A stretch of DNA of 64,000 nt. It comes from an uncultured Desulfosarcina sp. (GTDB taxonomy: Bacteria > Desulfobacterota > Desulfobacteria > Desulfobacterales > Desulfosarcinaceae). A program made the translations under genes and the position numbers. Positions 30,465 through 40,117 of this stretch are shown here, in pieces. Positions within the stretch are counted from its first letter, which is position 1. Each line of letters begins with the position of its first letter. The stretch lies in contig CAXXWQ010000004.1 in assembly GCA_963674945.2 (NCBI GenBank), positions 992,001 to 1,056,000 on the forward strand, given 5' to 3'. The notes below the pieces were generated by a model, which was not told the origin of the DNA, made no database searches, and worked only from the letters and a program-made list of their open reading frames with translations.

Positions 30465-31269
30465 GATCGTTCTCCTTGACGACAAACACCGACGTGTTAT
30501 TGACCGGCGGCGTTGGCCGGATGCGCCGGTATTCCTTTAGGGGAGGGACAAGCCCACCGACATGATCCATATCGAAAAGTCGCCGCAATCCTTTTTCATA
30601 GATGCGGTAAGAAAGCTTCATCCCACCGGGCAGGCGCCCGGCCAGGTGGGTGAAAATTTCCTCCTTGGGAACGGCGTCGGCCCCCACCATGATCAGGCTG
30701 CACGGCGAAGACAGCGGCAGCAGGAAATGATCGCCCAAGACGACTTCGATGTTTCCACCAAGTCCCAACGCGTCCAACACCCGGCGCGATAGGTCGGCAT
30801 TGATGGGTTCCTTTTCAATCCCGACGCCCCGGATGCCGCATTGCTTGACCAGGGCGATCAGGCTCAGGGGCAACGGTCCGCTGCCCAGAAACACCACCCT
30901 GTCATCGGGTTTCAGATCTGCGCCTTTCGATTCCATTTCCGCCAGTTGCAGGTAGTTCGGGTAGTAGATGAATCCACTGAGTATTTTCCAGGGGGCGTCG
31001 CCGTCGATAATGGCCATGGCCCGCTGTCTTTCCAGACGCAGGCCGTGGACTTTTTTGAGCCGGGCGATTTTTTCGATGGCCGGCTGCAAAGACCTGTCGG
31101 CGATCAGCGTGTCGACCCGATGGTCGTCGACATCCAGCGCTGCCAATCGATTCAGGGTTTCCACATGCGGAAGAAATACATCCTTTGCACCGTCGAGAAT
31201 CTGCTTCTCGGTCAGATCACGGCAGTCGTCATAAATCTCCAATAGTCGATGTTTGATCTCTTCCAGCAT
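30454..31269 (-). CDS. Nicotianamine synthase-like protein 2
   Basis: FIYYPNYLQLAEME, VFLGSGPLPLS and PPVNNTSV match the NAS/MtNAS pattern. Confidence 0.85.
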   Translation of the reverse strand: MLEEIKHRLLEIYDDCRDLTEKQILDGAKDVFLPHVETLNRLAALDVDDHRVDTLIADRSLQPAIEKIARLKKVHGLRLERQRAMAIIDGDAPWKILSGFIYYPNYLQLAEMESKGADLKPDDRVVFLGSGPLPLSLIALVKQCGIRGVGIEKEPINADLSRRVLDALGLGGNIEVVLGDHFLLPLSSPCSLIMVGADAVPKEEIFTHLAGRLPGGMKLSYRIYEKGLRRLFDMDHVGGLVPPLKEYRRIRPTPPVNNTSVFVVKENDHGR

Positions 31270-31274
31270 GTTTC

Positions 31275-32162
31275 TTACTTTTCCAATTTGGCCGCGACAA
31301 TCGTGTTATTGACTCTTCCCACGGGATAAAACGTCTTGACGATGCGAAAGCCGTTGATTTCGTCTTCGGTTACCGGCTCATGCAGGATGGCGCGCATGCC
31401 GGTATAGGTCCGGAAGAAAACCAGGGCATCGGTTTTGCCCCTCTCCCGCAGAATAATGCGCAAATTGCGGAAAATCCGTTCCTTGGGGTCGGCCATGGCC
31501 GCGACCAGGACCATGTCCCAATCAAGCTCCCGAAGCAGGGTTTCGTCGCCGCGGACAATTTCGACTTCCTTCTCCAACCCCAGGCAGCGAATGACCTTGC
31601 TGGACCAGTCGACGGCGTCTTCTGAAATATCCAGCCCCACGGACCGGATACCTGCCAGGCGATTAAAAAGAATGAGGCTGGAAGGCACCGGGCCGCAGCC
31701 GATGAATACCAGTCGGCTGCCACTGTCAATCCGGTTGAGTTCGATCTGGTTTCGCACCAGGGCCTCGTAGCGGGGATAGAGCGAAAAAGATTTCAAGGCT
31801 TTCCATGGGGCGTTGGATGCCAGCAGCCTTTCGGCCAGGTGAACTTCATGGATACTGAAAAAGGTGTTGTAGTAGGAACGGATGTTGGGAAGGACGGACC
31901 GGATCTCGGGTTCATCCAGAATCAGCCCGGCAAGGTGCGGGCCGGCGTCCATGTGGGCCAGGTCGTCGAGAAGCAGAAAGAGTCGATACAGGTCCTCGGG
32001 ACCCAGCGTATTCAACGCATCGTCGTCATAGTGTTCGATCCGTTCGGCAAAGGCCATGATATGGGGCTTGATGATGGTAAGGCTGTGCTGACAATCTTTG
32101 CAGCAGCCTAAAAAGTCATGTTTTTTCAGTTCGTGCTCATGGTGATAGTTGACATCGTGCAT
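31275..32162 (-). CDS. Nicotianamine synthase-like protein 1 with His/Cys-rich N-terminus
   Basis: FSLYPRY, FIGCGPVP, GDET, VAAMADPK, RTYTGMRAIL and VNNT, closely resembling archaeal MtNAS. Confidence 0.88.
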   Translation of the reverse strand: MHDVNYHHEHELKKHDFLGCCKDCQHSLTIIKPHIMAFAERIEHYDDDALNTLGPEDLYRLFLLLDDLAHMDAGPHLAGLILDEPEIRSVLPNIRSYYNTFFSIHEVHLAERLLASNAPWKALKSFSLYPRYEALVRNQIELNRIDSGSRLVFIGCGPVPSSLILFNRLAGIRSVGLDISEDAVDWSSKVIRCLGLEKEVEIVRGDETLLRELDWDMVLVAAMADPKERIFRNLRIILRERGKTDALVFFRTYTGMRAILHEPVTEDEINGFRIVKTFYPVGRVNNTIVAAKLEK

Positions 32163-32186
32163 GGGAATCGTTTTCCGGGTTGGATG

Positions 32187-34058
32187 TTATTTTTCCTGGT
32201 CTGGATTCGGGTCATTTTCCTTGGCGGCGGTCAGGGAGGACTCATCCCGGGCCGAATGGTCGTGGTCGTGGACGCCATGATCGCCTTCATTATGATGATC
32301 ATCATGATATCGCCTTGCTGCATGCTCGTGCGGATCATCTTTGCCGGGATGGCTGTGCAGAAAACGGTGTCGGTGAATGTGATGGTGCTTGTGGAGGTGG
32401 TCGTGGGCCATCAACTGGTGTTCATGGGGATGATCGTGCAGATGCCGGTGAAAATGGCTGTGCTCGTGTTCGTGTTGCAAGGCCAGGATGGCCTCGCTGC
32501 AGCGCAGACGGTAAGTATAGGCCAGGCCGTTGAGATTCGCCAGCCCTGGATCCTTGAAAAACCCGTCCGTTGACATGTCCTGACAGATTGCTCCCTGGTG
32601 CATGATCACCGTCCGGCGGGTCAATGCACCGACAAAAAACATGTCATGGCTGACCAGCAGCAGGGTTACATCCAGTTCCCCGAGGATGGCCAACAGCAGT
32701 TCCTCTCCCCGGGGATCGAGTCCGGCCGAGGGTTCGTCCAGGACGATCAGCTTGGGCGACATGGCCAACACACAGGCCAGGGCCAGGCGTTTGCGCTCGC
32801 CGCCGGACATGTGTAGCGGAACGCGACCTTCGAACCCCTCCAGGTGCACCAGGGATAGCGCTTCTTCGATGCGCTGGCGGACTTCGTTTTTGGAAACGCC
32901 CAACTGCCTCAGGCCAAAGGCGATCTCCTCTTCCACACTGGGACAAACGAGTTGATCGGCGCTGTCCTGGAAAACCATGCCGATGTTGCGCCACAAATAC
33001 CTGCGCGAGTGGCGGGTCACGGGCCGGCCTTCAAAAAGATAAGTCCCGTCGCCTTTATGCAAACCCAGCAGGCAGGCCAAGAGGGTGCTCTTCCCGGCCC
33101 CGTTTTCGCCCACCAGGGCCATCCGCTCGCCGCTTTCGATGCAAAGATCGATCCCGGTCAAGGCATGGGTCCCGTCCGGATACCGGAAATGATAGTCGTG
33201 CAGATCGATCATGGGCGGAACGGGCGAAGTTGTCGAAGGGCAGGCAATCCGGCAAGTGCAGGCCGGTTGCCCGATATCCACGCAATTGGTAGTGGGTTCC
33301 AGCCGGAAAGAGAAATCGAGGCCGTGGGATCGCAACCGGCTGCGCTGGGCCACCAGGTCGTTCATGGTGTAGTCGTGGGCGATGCGTCCCTTCTCCATGA
33401 CCACGGCCCGTTGGCACAGTTCATAGAGAAAAAGCAGGTCGTGACTGACACAGACGAGCGTTCCCGCAAAATCCATCAGCAGATCCAGAAAAACCTGTTC
33501 CTGGCTGGGATCCAGGTTGGCGGTTGGCTCGTCGAGAAGCAAAACTTCCGGCTGCATGGCCAGCAGTCCGGCCAATGCTGCCCTTTTTTTTTGCCCGAAA
33601 CTAAGATGATGCGGTGGCTTATAGGCCTTGTCCGCCAGATGAACCCGCTCCAATGCCCGGAGAGAGGCCGCATGGGCATGCTCACGGGCAAGGCCCTGAT
33701 TGGAGGGCCCAAAGGCAACATCGTCGATCAAGGTATGCCCGAAAAGCTGATCGTCGGGGTCCTGAAACAAAAGACCGATGGAAAGCCGGCTGCGATCGAG
33801 ATGATCGTCTTGGAGCGGCTCTCCCTTAAAACGTACGATCCCATCGTCGGGCAGCAACAATCCGCAGATTTGTTTGATCAACGTCGTTTTGCCGGACCCG
33901 TTTTGTCCCACCAGGGCGATGCGGTCGCCCGGGGCAATCTCGAGGGTAATTCCGCTTAGGGCCTGGGGACCATCCACATAACGATAGTTCAAATCCGTAA
34001 GGCAAAATAGCGGATCTTTCACTCCGGGTGGCGGTATGTGAGCATTTTTTTCGTGCAT
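32187..34058 (-). CDS. ECF transporter ATPase (NikO/CbiO), two fused ATPase domains with a His-rich tail
   Basis: Two Walker A motifs (GQNGSGKT, GENGAGKS), FQDPDDQL / FQDSADQL, and a C-terminal poly-His tract. Confidence 0.9.
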   Translation of the reverse strand: MHEKNAHIPPPGVKDPLFCLTDLNYRYVDGPQALSGITLEIAPGDRIALVGQNGSGKTTLIKQICGLLLPDDGIVRFKGEPLQDDHLDRSRLSIGLLFQDPDDQLFGHTLIDDVAFGPSNQGLAREHAHAASLRALERVHLADKAYKPPHHLSFGQKKRAALAGLLAMQPEVLLLDEPTANLDPSQEQVFLDLLMDFAGTLVCVSHDLLFLYELCQRAVVMEKGRIAHDYTMNDLVAQRSRLRSHGLDFSFRLEPTTNCVDIGQPACTCRIACPSTTSPVPPMIDLHDYHFRYPDGTHALTGIDLCIESGERMALVGENGAGKSTLLACLLGLHKGDGTYLFEGRPVTRHSRRYLWRNIGMVFQDSADQLVCPSVEEEIAFGLRQLGVSKNEVRQRIEEALSLVHLEGFEGRVPLHMSGGERKRLALACVLAMSPKLIVLDEPSAGLDPRGEELLLAILGELDVTLLLVSHDMFFVGALTRRTVIMHQGAICQDMSTDGFFKDPGLANLNGLAYTYRLRCSEAILALQHEHEHSHFHRHLHDHPHEHQLMAHDHLHKHHHIHRHRFLHSHPGKDDPHEHAARRYHDDHHNEGDHGVHDHDHSARDESSLTAAKENDPNPDQEK

Positions 34059-34068
34059 TGGGCATCTT

Positions 34069-34989
34069 TCAGAAAAAAACGCGGTCATATACCAGCAAGG
34101 CCACACCGACGGCCAACCACAGGCCTGCACCGGCAAGGTCCATGGGCCGAAGGCGCAGTTCGGCCTGAACCGGGAAGCGTCCCTTGTAGCCGCGCGCGCG
34201 CATGGCGTCGAATACCCGTTCGGTGCGCTCGAAGCTGCGCACGAACAACATCCCCAGGAAATTGGCCATGGCCCGGATGGTGGCCAAATCGGACCGTTTA
34301 CGAAAGCCACGCACCTGCATGCCGGTGGACATGCGCCGTGCCTCATGCCGGAATACGTTCAAATAGCGGTAGCTGAGCAGTACCATCTGGCCGGCCATGT
34401 CCGGCACACCCAATCGGGACAGTCCCTGCAATGTAACCGGCAGGGGCGCGGTGGCCAGCAGCGGCTCCATGAGCAGGGTAATGGCCACGGCCTTGGCGGC
34501 AATGGTGGCGGCCAGCCAGAAACCGCGCATGCTGAAATGAAGCCAGTGCCAGTCACCGAAAACGATGACCGTATCACCGCCGTGAAGGGGCACGGTAAAA
34601 GGCATGACCAGCAAAAACATGGTAATGAAACCCACGATGGCCAAAAGCCGCATCACTACTTTTACCAGGGACACCCGGGCTACCACCAATACCAGGCACG
34701 ACAGGCCGATGGCCACGAGCGCCGGCGTCATCTGCTGGATGGCCGTGATCATGAAGCTGTAAACCAGGATGGTGACGATTTTACAGCGCACGTCCCAAAG
34801 GTGAAGCAACGAGCCGCCGGCCGTGCCTTCCAGTTGCGGCACCGACCAGTCCGGATTATCTTTTTCCGCACTGCGCTTACGGACCACCTTCCGGAGCAAG
34901 GTCACCCCGGCGGCCAATAGTCCCAGCGGCGTGATCACCATGGCGAGAAACTGCCACAGCGGGAACCGGATGAGGGTCACATCAGCCAT
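34069..34989 (-). CDS. cbiQ: ECF transmembrane T component (NikQ/CbiQ)
   Basis: WDVRCK, LSYRYL, RSFERTERV and AMRARG. Confidence 0.9.
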   Translation of the reverse strand: MADVTLIRFPLWQFLAMVITPLGLLAAGVTLLRKVVRKRSAEKDNPDWSVPQLEGTAGGSLLHLWDVRCKIVTILVYSFMITAIQQMTPALVAIGLSCLVLVVARVSLVKVVMRLLAIVGFITMFLLVMPFTVPLHGGDTVIVFGDWHWLHFSMRGFWLAATIAAKAVAITLLMEPLLATAPLPVTLQGLSRLGVPDMAGQMVLLSYRYLNVFRHEARRMSTGMQVRGFRKRSDLATIRAMANFLGMLFVRSFERTERVFDAMRARGYKGRFPVQAELRLRPMDLAGAGLWLAVGVALLVYDRVFF

Positions 34990-35611
34990 GCGCCGGCCTG
35001 TGGGGGCTTTCGAAGGCACTCAGCAACAAGGCCGGCTTGACACGCGCCAAAAAGCCCACCGTCAGTGCGCTGACCGCACCTTCGATGATAATCACCGGCA
35101 CATGGGCCGCCAAGGCAATCTTGGCCACACCGAAGAAATCCTCGCCGCCGGTGACGAGCAAAACGGCAAGGATAAGCGCCGCCAATACCGTTCCTGCGGC
35201 ACCTGCCAGGCCGCCGATCAATGCCTGGCGCGAGGGTGTGCTACCCTTGAACTTCTGGAAAAACCAACCGCACACGAGTGCGGGAACGCCCATCATCAAG
35301 GCGTTGGCGCCCAGGGCCGTCAGGCCGCCGAATTGAAAGAGCAGACTCTGCAGCAAGAGGCCGAGACCGATGGAGAGAAAGGCCGATGGTCCCAAAATCG
35401 CCCCGGTCAGCCCCGGAATGATGAGATGCACACTGGTCGGACCGAAGGGGATGTGGATCAGGGAGGCGACAAAGAATGCCGCAGTCATGACAGCCAGTTT
35501 CGGCATCTCCTCGCTTTTGGTTCGGCGTGCACTCCAAACGGTCAAGCCGGTACTGATTGCATAGCCGCCAATGGCCACGGAAACGGGAAGAACACCGTCG
35601 GAAATATGCAT
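34982..35611 (-). CDS. cbiM: Ni/Co ECF substrate-specific component (NikM/CbiM)
   Basis: N-terminal MHISDG metal-binding motif, SVHL and GGLTALGAN. Confidence 0.93.
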   Translation of the reverse strand: MHISDGVLPVSVAIGGYAISTGLTVWSARRTKSEEMPKLAVMTAAFFVASLIHIPFGPTSVHLIIPGLTGAILGPSAFLSIGLGLLLQSLLFQFGGLTALGANALMMGVPALVCGWFFQKFKGSTPSRQALIGGLAGAAGTVLAALILAVLLVTGGEDFFGVAKIALAAHVPVIIIEGAVSALTVGFLARVKPALLLSAFESPHRPAHG

Positions 35612-35614
35612 AAT

Positions 35615-35911
35615 TCACTCCTTGCGCCTGGAGGCCACGTATGCAGCCACACCAAACAGGCCGAAAATATAGCCGATACCAGCGAATACGTCTTTAAGCC
35701 CGGGCTTGTCCAAATCCGCGCGCAAGGCTGCGATTTCCCGCTGGATACGCCTGAGATCAGCGGACAACTTGCCGTTTTGCTCCTTTAGCACCTCGATCAC
35801 CGTTTGCGAGCCCTCACCGTACGATTCCTCCGCCCAACCACCACCTGAAAGGATAAATAGAAAGAGGCACGCGATACCGATCGTCAGACCCCTTCGAATG
35901 ATTATTGTCAT
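35615..35911 (-). CDS. NikL-like accessory membrane component (C-terminal type)
   Basis: Coiled coil plus DVFAGIGYIFGLFG TM helix, immediately upstream of nikM. Confidence 0.7.
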   Translation of the reverse strand: MTIIIRRGLTIGIACLFLFILSGGGWAEESYGEGSQTVIEVLKEQNGKLSADLRRIQREIAALRADLDKPGLKDVFAGIGYIFGLFGVAAYVASRRKE

Positions 35912-36240
35912 TTTCCCGCCTCTACCTCGGATTTTTTCAGCTTGAAACTGTTCTTATGCCCCATGGTTGCATCGATGACGATGTTGAAATCGTCGATCTT
36001 GGGGATATCAAAACTGAACAATCCACCGTTGTCGGTGACCCCTTCCAGAATCAGGTTGCTCTGGCTGTCATACACCATCACCTTGCCTCCTTCCACGGGC
36101 TTACCGTCCGGAAAATAGCTTTCGGTGTATATTTTCCCACTTTCTGCGTAGGCAAATAGGTTGACTTTATGTGCCAGCGCTGTTCCGCTAAAGAGCAGCA
36201 TCACAACCACTGCCACAAGCAAATATTTCATGGTCTTCAT
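35908..36240 (-). CDS. NikL-like periplasmic accessory component
   Basis: Signal peptide ending ALA/HKVNLFAY, YFPDG and MGH. Confidence 0.72.
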   Translation of the reverse strand: MKTMKYLLVAVVVMLLFSGTALAHKVNLFAYAESGKIYTESYFPDGKPVEGGKVMVYDSQSNLILEGVTDNGGLFSFDIPKIDDFNIVIDATMGHKNSFKLKKSEVEAGK

Positions 36241-36335
36241 CGCGGCCTCGATTCTTTTTTAAATCAATATGCAAAAACCGGCGCCCTTCCTGATAGCGAA
36301 GGGCGCCTGGTGGATATTCGTCAAACCATGCCCGC

Positions 36336-37142
36336 CTATTTCATGTCGCGGGTATGCACCCAGAAAACCGCACCGATTTCCACGCCCTTGTCGTGGCCAT
36401 CGTGCTTGATTGTCCAACTTGCTTCGTTCAAGGCGGCAAATCCCCACCACCCCGCCTTAGGCATGGCATAGCTGAAGACACCGTTGGCATCGGCCTTGAC
36501 CACCTGGGTCACATAGGGGTCGGCCGGTGGAACGATCTTGCTGATATTGCCGGGAGACGCATTTAAATACTCGACCTCCACCTCGGCAAAGGGGACCGGT
36601 TTGCCCTTGAGCAGCACCTGTCCGGTGAACAGATTTCCGGTCCACAGCCCGTAGGGTCGCGTGAAGGGAATGATCTCGGTTTCCAACCCCACATGCTGGT
36701 CCCATCCTTCCTCCAGACCCAGCGCATCCACGCAGACCTTGGTGTAGTGAATGATAAAACAGTCCTCGGCGGGTTCCCAGTAAGGTTTCGGCTCGACATA
36801 AAAGGTGTAGTCGCCGGGCCTGCGGATTTTATAATCGGTTTTCCAAAAGGTAAATGACTCACTCTGATCCGGACTTTTCCCCTTGGCTTCCTGAAGGCTG
36901 CCCAGCAAATCGGTTTTTTTCCCGTCGTGCATTACCCCGAACTGCTTGGGTTTGACCATCTCCATGTAGTGCCCTTCCATGGGGTGGATGAACTTGACCT
37001 CCACGGTCAGGGTTTTATTGTCATCCTGGGTCACGATGTCATCCGATGGAATCACCGTACCGAAATGGGCCGCCGCCGGATTGGCCGCCATCATCACCCA
37101 TGCCATCATTACCACCGATACCAAACAAAGTTTCGTACGCAT
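36336..37142 (-). CDS. DUF4198/NikK-like periplasmic Ni-uptake component
   Basis: Signal peptide then [21 protein letters not shown] and GWWGFAAL. Confidence 0.85.
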   Translation of the reverse strand: MRTKLCLVSVVMMAWVMMAANPAAAHFGTVIPSDDIVTQDDNKTLTVEVKFIHPMEGHYMEMVKPKQFGVMHDGKKTDLLGSLQEAKGKSPDQSESFTFWKTDYKIRRPGDYTFYVEPKPYWEPAEDCFIIHYTKVCVDALGLEEGWDQHVGLETEIIPFTRPYGLWTGNLFTGQVLLKGKPVPFAEVEVEYLNASPGNISKIVPPADPYVTQVVKADANGVFSYAMPKAGWWGFAALNEASWTIKHDGHDKGVEIGAVFWVHTRDMK

Positions 37143-37195
37143 CACAGTTTTCTCCTTTCCGGATTATATAATAATTTGATTGATCATCGCAATCA

Positions 37196-38323
37196 TCAGA
37201 ACGCAACGGCCAGCTGAGCGGTAACGGTATCCGCCTCCATTACATCGTCTTCATACTCGTCGTGCAGGTATTCCAATGCCAGATTGGTGTTTTCGAAGAA
37301 GCCCCAGTTCACCACGATGCCATATTGGGTTTCCGGCATGAAATCCGCACTATCGTCGGCCCCGCCGTAACGCAGGGCCAGTTCCAGGCTGTCTATGATC
37401 ATCGCGCCGAACTCGAGGTTCCAGGCTGATGGTTTTTGCTCCCGGGTATCCGCTGCGTCGTAGAGTTCGCCGGCCTTGAACGAGTCGAGTGCGGCGACAT
37501 ACTCACCGATCAGCTTGAAACGTTCCATGATTTCGATCGTCGCAAATGCGCTCCAGCCACCAATCTGATCGTCGAGTGAATCGACCTGGACAGCCTCGGA
37601 CAAGGAATTCGAAGAAGCCAGATTGGAGGTGTAGGAGGCACCCACCGTGAGGAAGGGAAGGGGATTGGCCACAACGGCGGCCACGTAACTGTCGACGACG
37701 TCATCGTCCCCGGCCTTATCGATGCGGCCGTTAAAAGCGCCCACGGAAATGTCGATCAATTCATCGCCGATGCGGTAGCCGGCAACCACCGCCCCCTCGG
37801 CGGTTTCCCCCAGCACCAGGGTGCTCGGGTCGGTGACGAAGTGGCTGTCAAAATAGCCGAACGGTATGTATTGACGTCCGGCGATCAGATATGCGGAGAA
37901 GGCTTCCGTTCCCGTGATGGTAATAAACCCCTCGTCCACGAAAAGATCATCTTCCTCATACTTGAACAATACATGACCATCCACGTGATCGACGATGCGG
38001 GCATCTACGGCCAGTTCCACGGTGGCCAGGTCCACATCGCTTTCCTTGGTGTCTTCTTCCGCCGGATCGTCGTAGTCTACCTTTTGATAGCCGGCCTCAA
38101 CCTCTATCAATCCACTGATCTGTATGCGGTCATACCACTTGTCTCCCTCCACGGTTCGACCCAGGGCCTGTTCCAGACGTTCGATCCGTTCCTCGATGCC
38201 GGTGACACCACCGGCTTTGGGCTCCGTTTTTTCCTCGGCACCCGATTCTGCGGCTGAAAAACTCGTGGCAACGCATACCATCATGGCAACCATCAAAACC
38301 CCGACCACTTTACTTTTCATCAT
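37196..38323 (-). CDS. LbtU-family outer-membrane porin
   Basis: Signal peptide, ISGLIEVEA, LATVEL, GRQYIPFG, LGET and terminal TAQLAVAF. Confidence 0.78.
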   Translation of the reverse strand: MMKSKVVGVLMVAMMVCVATSFSAAESGAEEKTEPKAGGVTGIEERIERLEQALGRTVEGDKWYDRIQISGLIEVEAGYQKVDYDDPAEEDTKESDVDLATVELAVDARIVDHVDGHVLFKYEEDDLFVDEGFITITGTEAFSAYLIAGRQYIPFGYFDSHFVTDPSTLVLGETAEGAVVAGYRIGDELIDISVGAFNGRIDKAGDDDVVDSYVAAVVANPLPFLTVGASYTSNLASSNSLSEAVQVDSLDDQIGGWSAFATIEIMERFKLIGEYVAALDSFKAGELYDAADTREQKPSAWNLEFGAMIIDSLELALRYGGADDSADFMPETQYGIVVNWGFFENTNLALEYLHDEYEDDVMEADTVTAQLAVAF

Positions 38324-38742
38324 ACTTCTCCTCCTGTAACATTGAATTGCTATTGGGCTGCATCGAGAAGCAACCGTGCCATACCAATCATCTGCATTCC
38401 ATCGACGTTTATGAGACACCATTAGAATTGCGAGTTGAATTTCTTTTAAACAAGGAATAGAAAGGGCAACGATATCGCGCTTACCCTAAAAGGAGACCTT
38501 CGTGGACTTGATGATTTAAAATCTTTCGATCTTGGTTCTTCGTTGGTTCTTGGAAGGGCTTCGACCCTTAAATTAAATTTGTTTTAAGGCAAATCATTAA
38601 ATTAATCAATCGACTTTTTCGTTTGAGATAAACGAAAGTATGGCGGGGTCTGTCGATATCGGAACAATCTCAAAAGGTACGCCCTACACACCAGCACCTC
38701 TTCCACCGTTCCCATACACCGAATGAATGATCCCTTTCGGGT

Positions 38743-38982
38743 TCATGTCCCGACATGCTTGACGGCGATGGCGTCCAGAGGGCATGCCTCGATACAATCC
38801 CAGCACCCCATGCACATGTCCTGAAAAATCATCGGTGATTCAAAAGGGCCGTCAAGTTGTTTGATTACTTTGTGGTCACAAGCCGGTACGGCCAAACAAC
38901 GCCCCTCTCCGGGGTCGCATCGGTTCGGATGGCAACTTTCGTAGTCAATCGAAGCAAATGTTTTTTTGGACTGTAGATTCAT
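38743..38982 (-). CDS. Small 4Fe-4S ferredoxin-like protein
   Basis: CHPNRC...C...C and CMGCWDCIEACP. Confidence 0.85.
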   Translation of the reverse strand: MNLQSKKTFASIDYESCHPNRCDPGEGRCLAVPACDHKVIKQLDGPFESPMIFQDMCMGCWDCIEACPLDAIAVKHVGT

Positions 38983-39188
38983 CTTTACCCGCTAATCGTG
39001 TGAACTGTCCGAGTTCCTATATTTTTTTGGCCGGTCTCAGTTATGGGGGAGTCGCCGCCTTTTTCAGCCCAAGAATCGGGGCGATGGATGCCAGGTCGAC
39101 ATCGGCGATCTGCCTTCGGTAATGGCGATAGTTCTTTTCGAAAATTTCCGCGGTTTGGTCCATGGATGAGGCCATTTCTCCCCCCGTA

Positions 39189-39770
39189 TCAGGCCAAACA
39201 GCCCCTGCAAACCAGCGCCCCGTTCACGGATTCCAGTTCCCGATGAATCTGTTCCATCCAATCGGGCATTTTCAGTTTATCCACCATCAGGTAACTTTTA
39301 GAATACGGTTTTACGTCGATGATCGGGCTGCCATCCACCGCTTCCAGTCCTTTAACAGTAAGCACGTTGCCGTTGCGCGCAACCAGAGAAACCGCCGAAA
39401 CCAGCACTGGGTTAGGTCGGGCCGGGCTGCAGGTGGCAAAAATGCCCTGCATGGGCATATCCTTGCGCCCCATGGGATGCACTTTTCTTAGCCTGCGCCG
39501 GGCCGGGTCGATCAGGTGCGGCCAGTAGAGCACCAGCACATGGGAAAAGCCCTCAATGCCGTCGAGAAGTTCCTCCATCTCAGGATCGATGACCAACTCA
39601 CAGATGCACTCTTCCACCTCCCGATGATGGGCCTTGACGCTTTCCATGCGCATTTCCAATGAAAGGTCGGATTCGCCCGCCGACAGGATGGGTTCCACGA
39701 TCTTGCTGCGCACCACGCCCACAGGCTGCAAGTCCATTTCCGGCGTGTCTTGTTGCCGGGCGTCGTTCAT
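39189..39770 (-). CDS. tsaA: TrmO/TsaA-family SAM-binding methyltransferase
   Basis: GIEGFSHV, GIFATCSPARPNP and EAVDGSPIIDVKPY. Confidence 0.88.
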   Translation of the reverse strand: MNDARQQDTPEMDLQPVGVVRSKIVEPILSAGESDLSLEMRMESVKAHHREVEECICELVIDPEMEELLDGIEGFSHVLVLYWPHLIDPARRRLRKVHPMGRKDMPMQGIFATCSPARPNPVLVSAVSLVARNGNVLTVKGLEAVDGSPIIDVKPYSKSYLMVDKLKMPDWMEQIHRELESVNGALVCRGCLA

Positions 39771-39916
39771 GTTCTCCTCCTCTGCGGTTGTTATTCGATA
39801 AACGAAACGATTTGCCTTTGGAAGAAGACCTCCACCACCCTTTGCGCCTGGTGTTTGGTAATACCGGTCGACTGTCGTAATTTATCAACTAAATCCGCCT
39901 TGTTCATTTAAACACC

Positions 39917-40117
39917 TTATTTCGCGGTCTTTACTCGCTTGCCCAACATCTCTTCCAACGGATTGGCACCCATGGCAACCAGGCGGTCCATGATTGCCTG
40001 CTTGAGTGCTGCATCTATTTCGCTTCGAAGCGAATCCATCCCGGCCCAACCATTGTTGACCGAAAAGGCCGCACAGACAATACAGCCTATCGTTATCCAC
40101 CATTTTTTCACTTTCAT
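39917..40117 (-). CDS. Hypothetical small exported protein
   Basis: Overlaps the upstream stop (ATGA); signal-like N-terminus. Confidence 0.45.
   Translation of the reverse strand: MKVKKWWITIGCIVCAAFSVNNGWAGMDSLRSEIDAALKQAIMDRLVAMGANPLEEMLGKRVKTAK

Noticed and set aside
38368..38382. Sigma54 promoter (TGGCACGGTTGC) upstream of the porin
   Set aside because: The GG to GC spacing is too short for -24/-12
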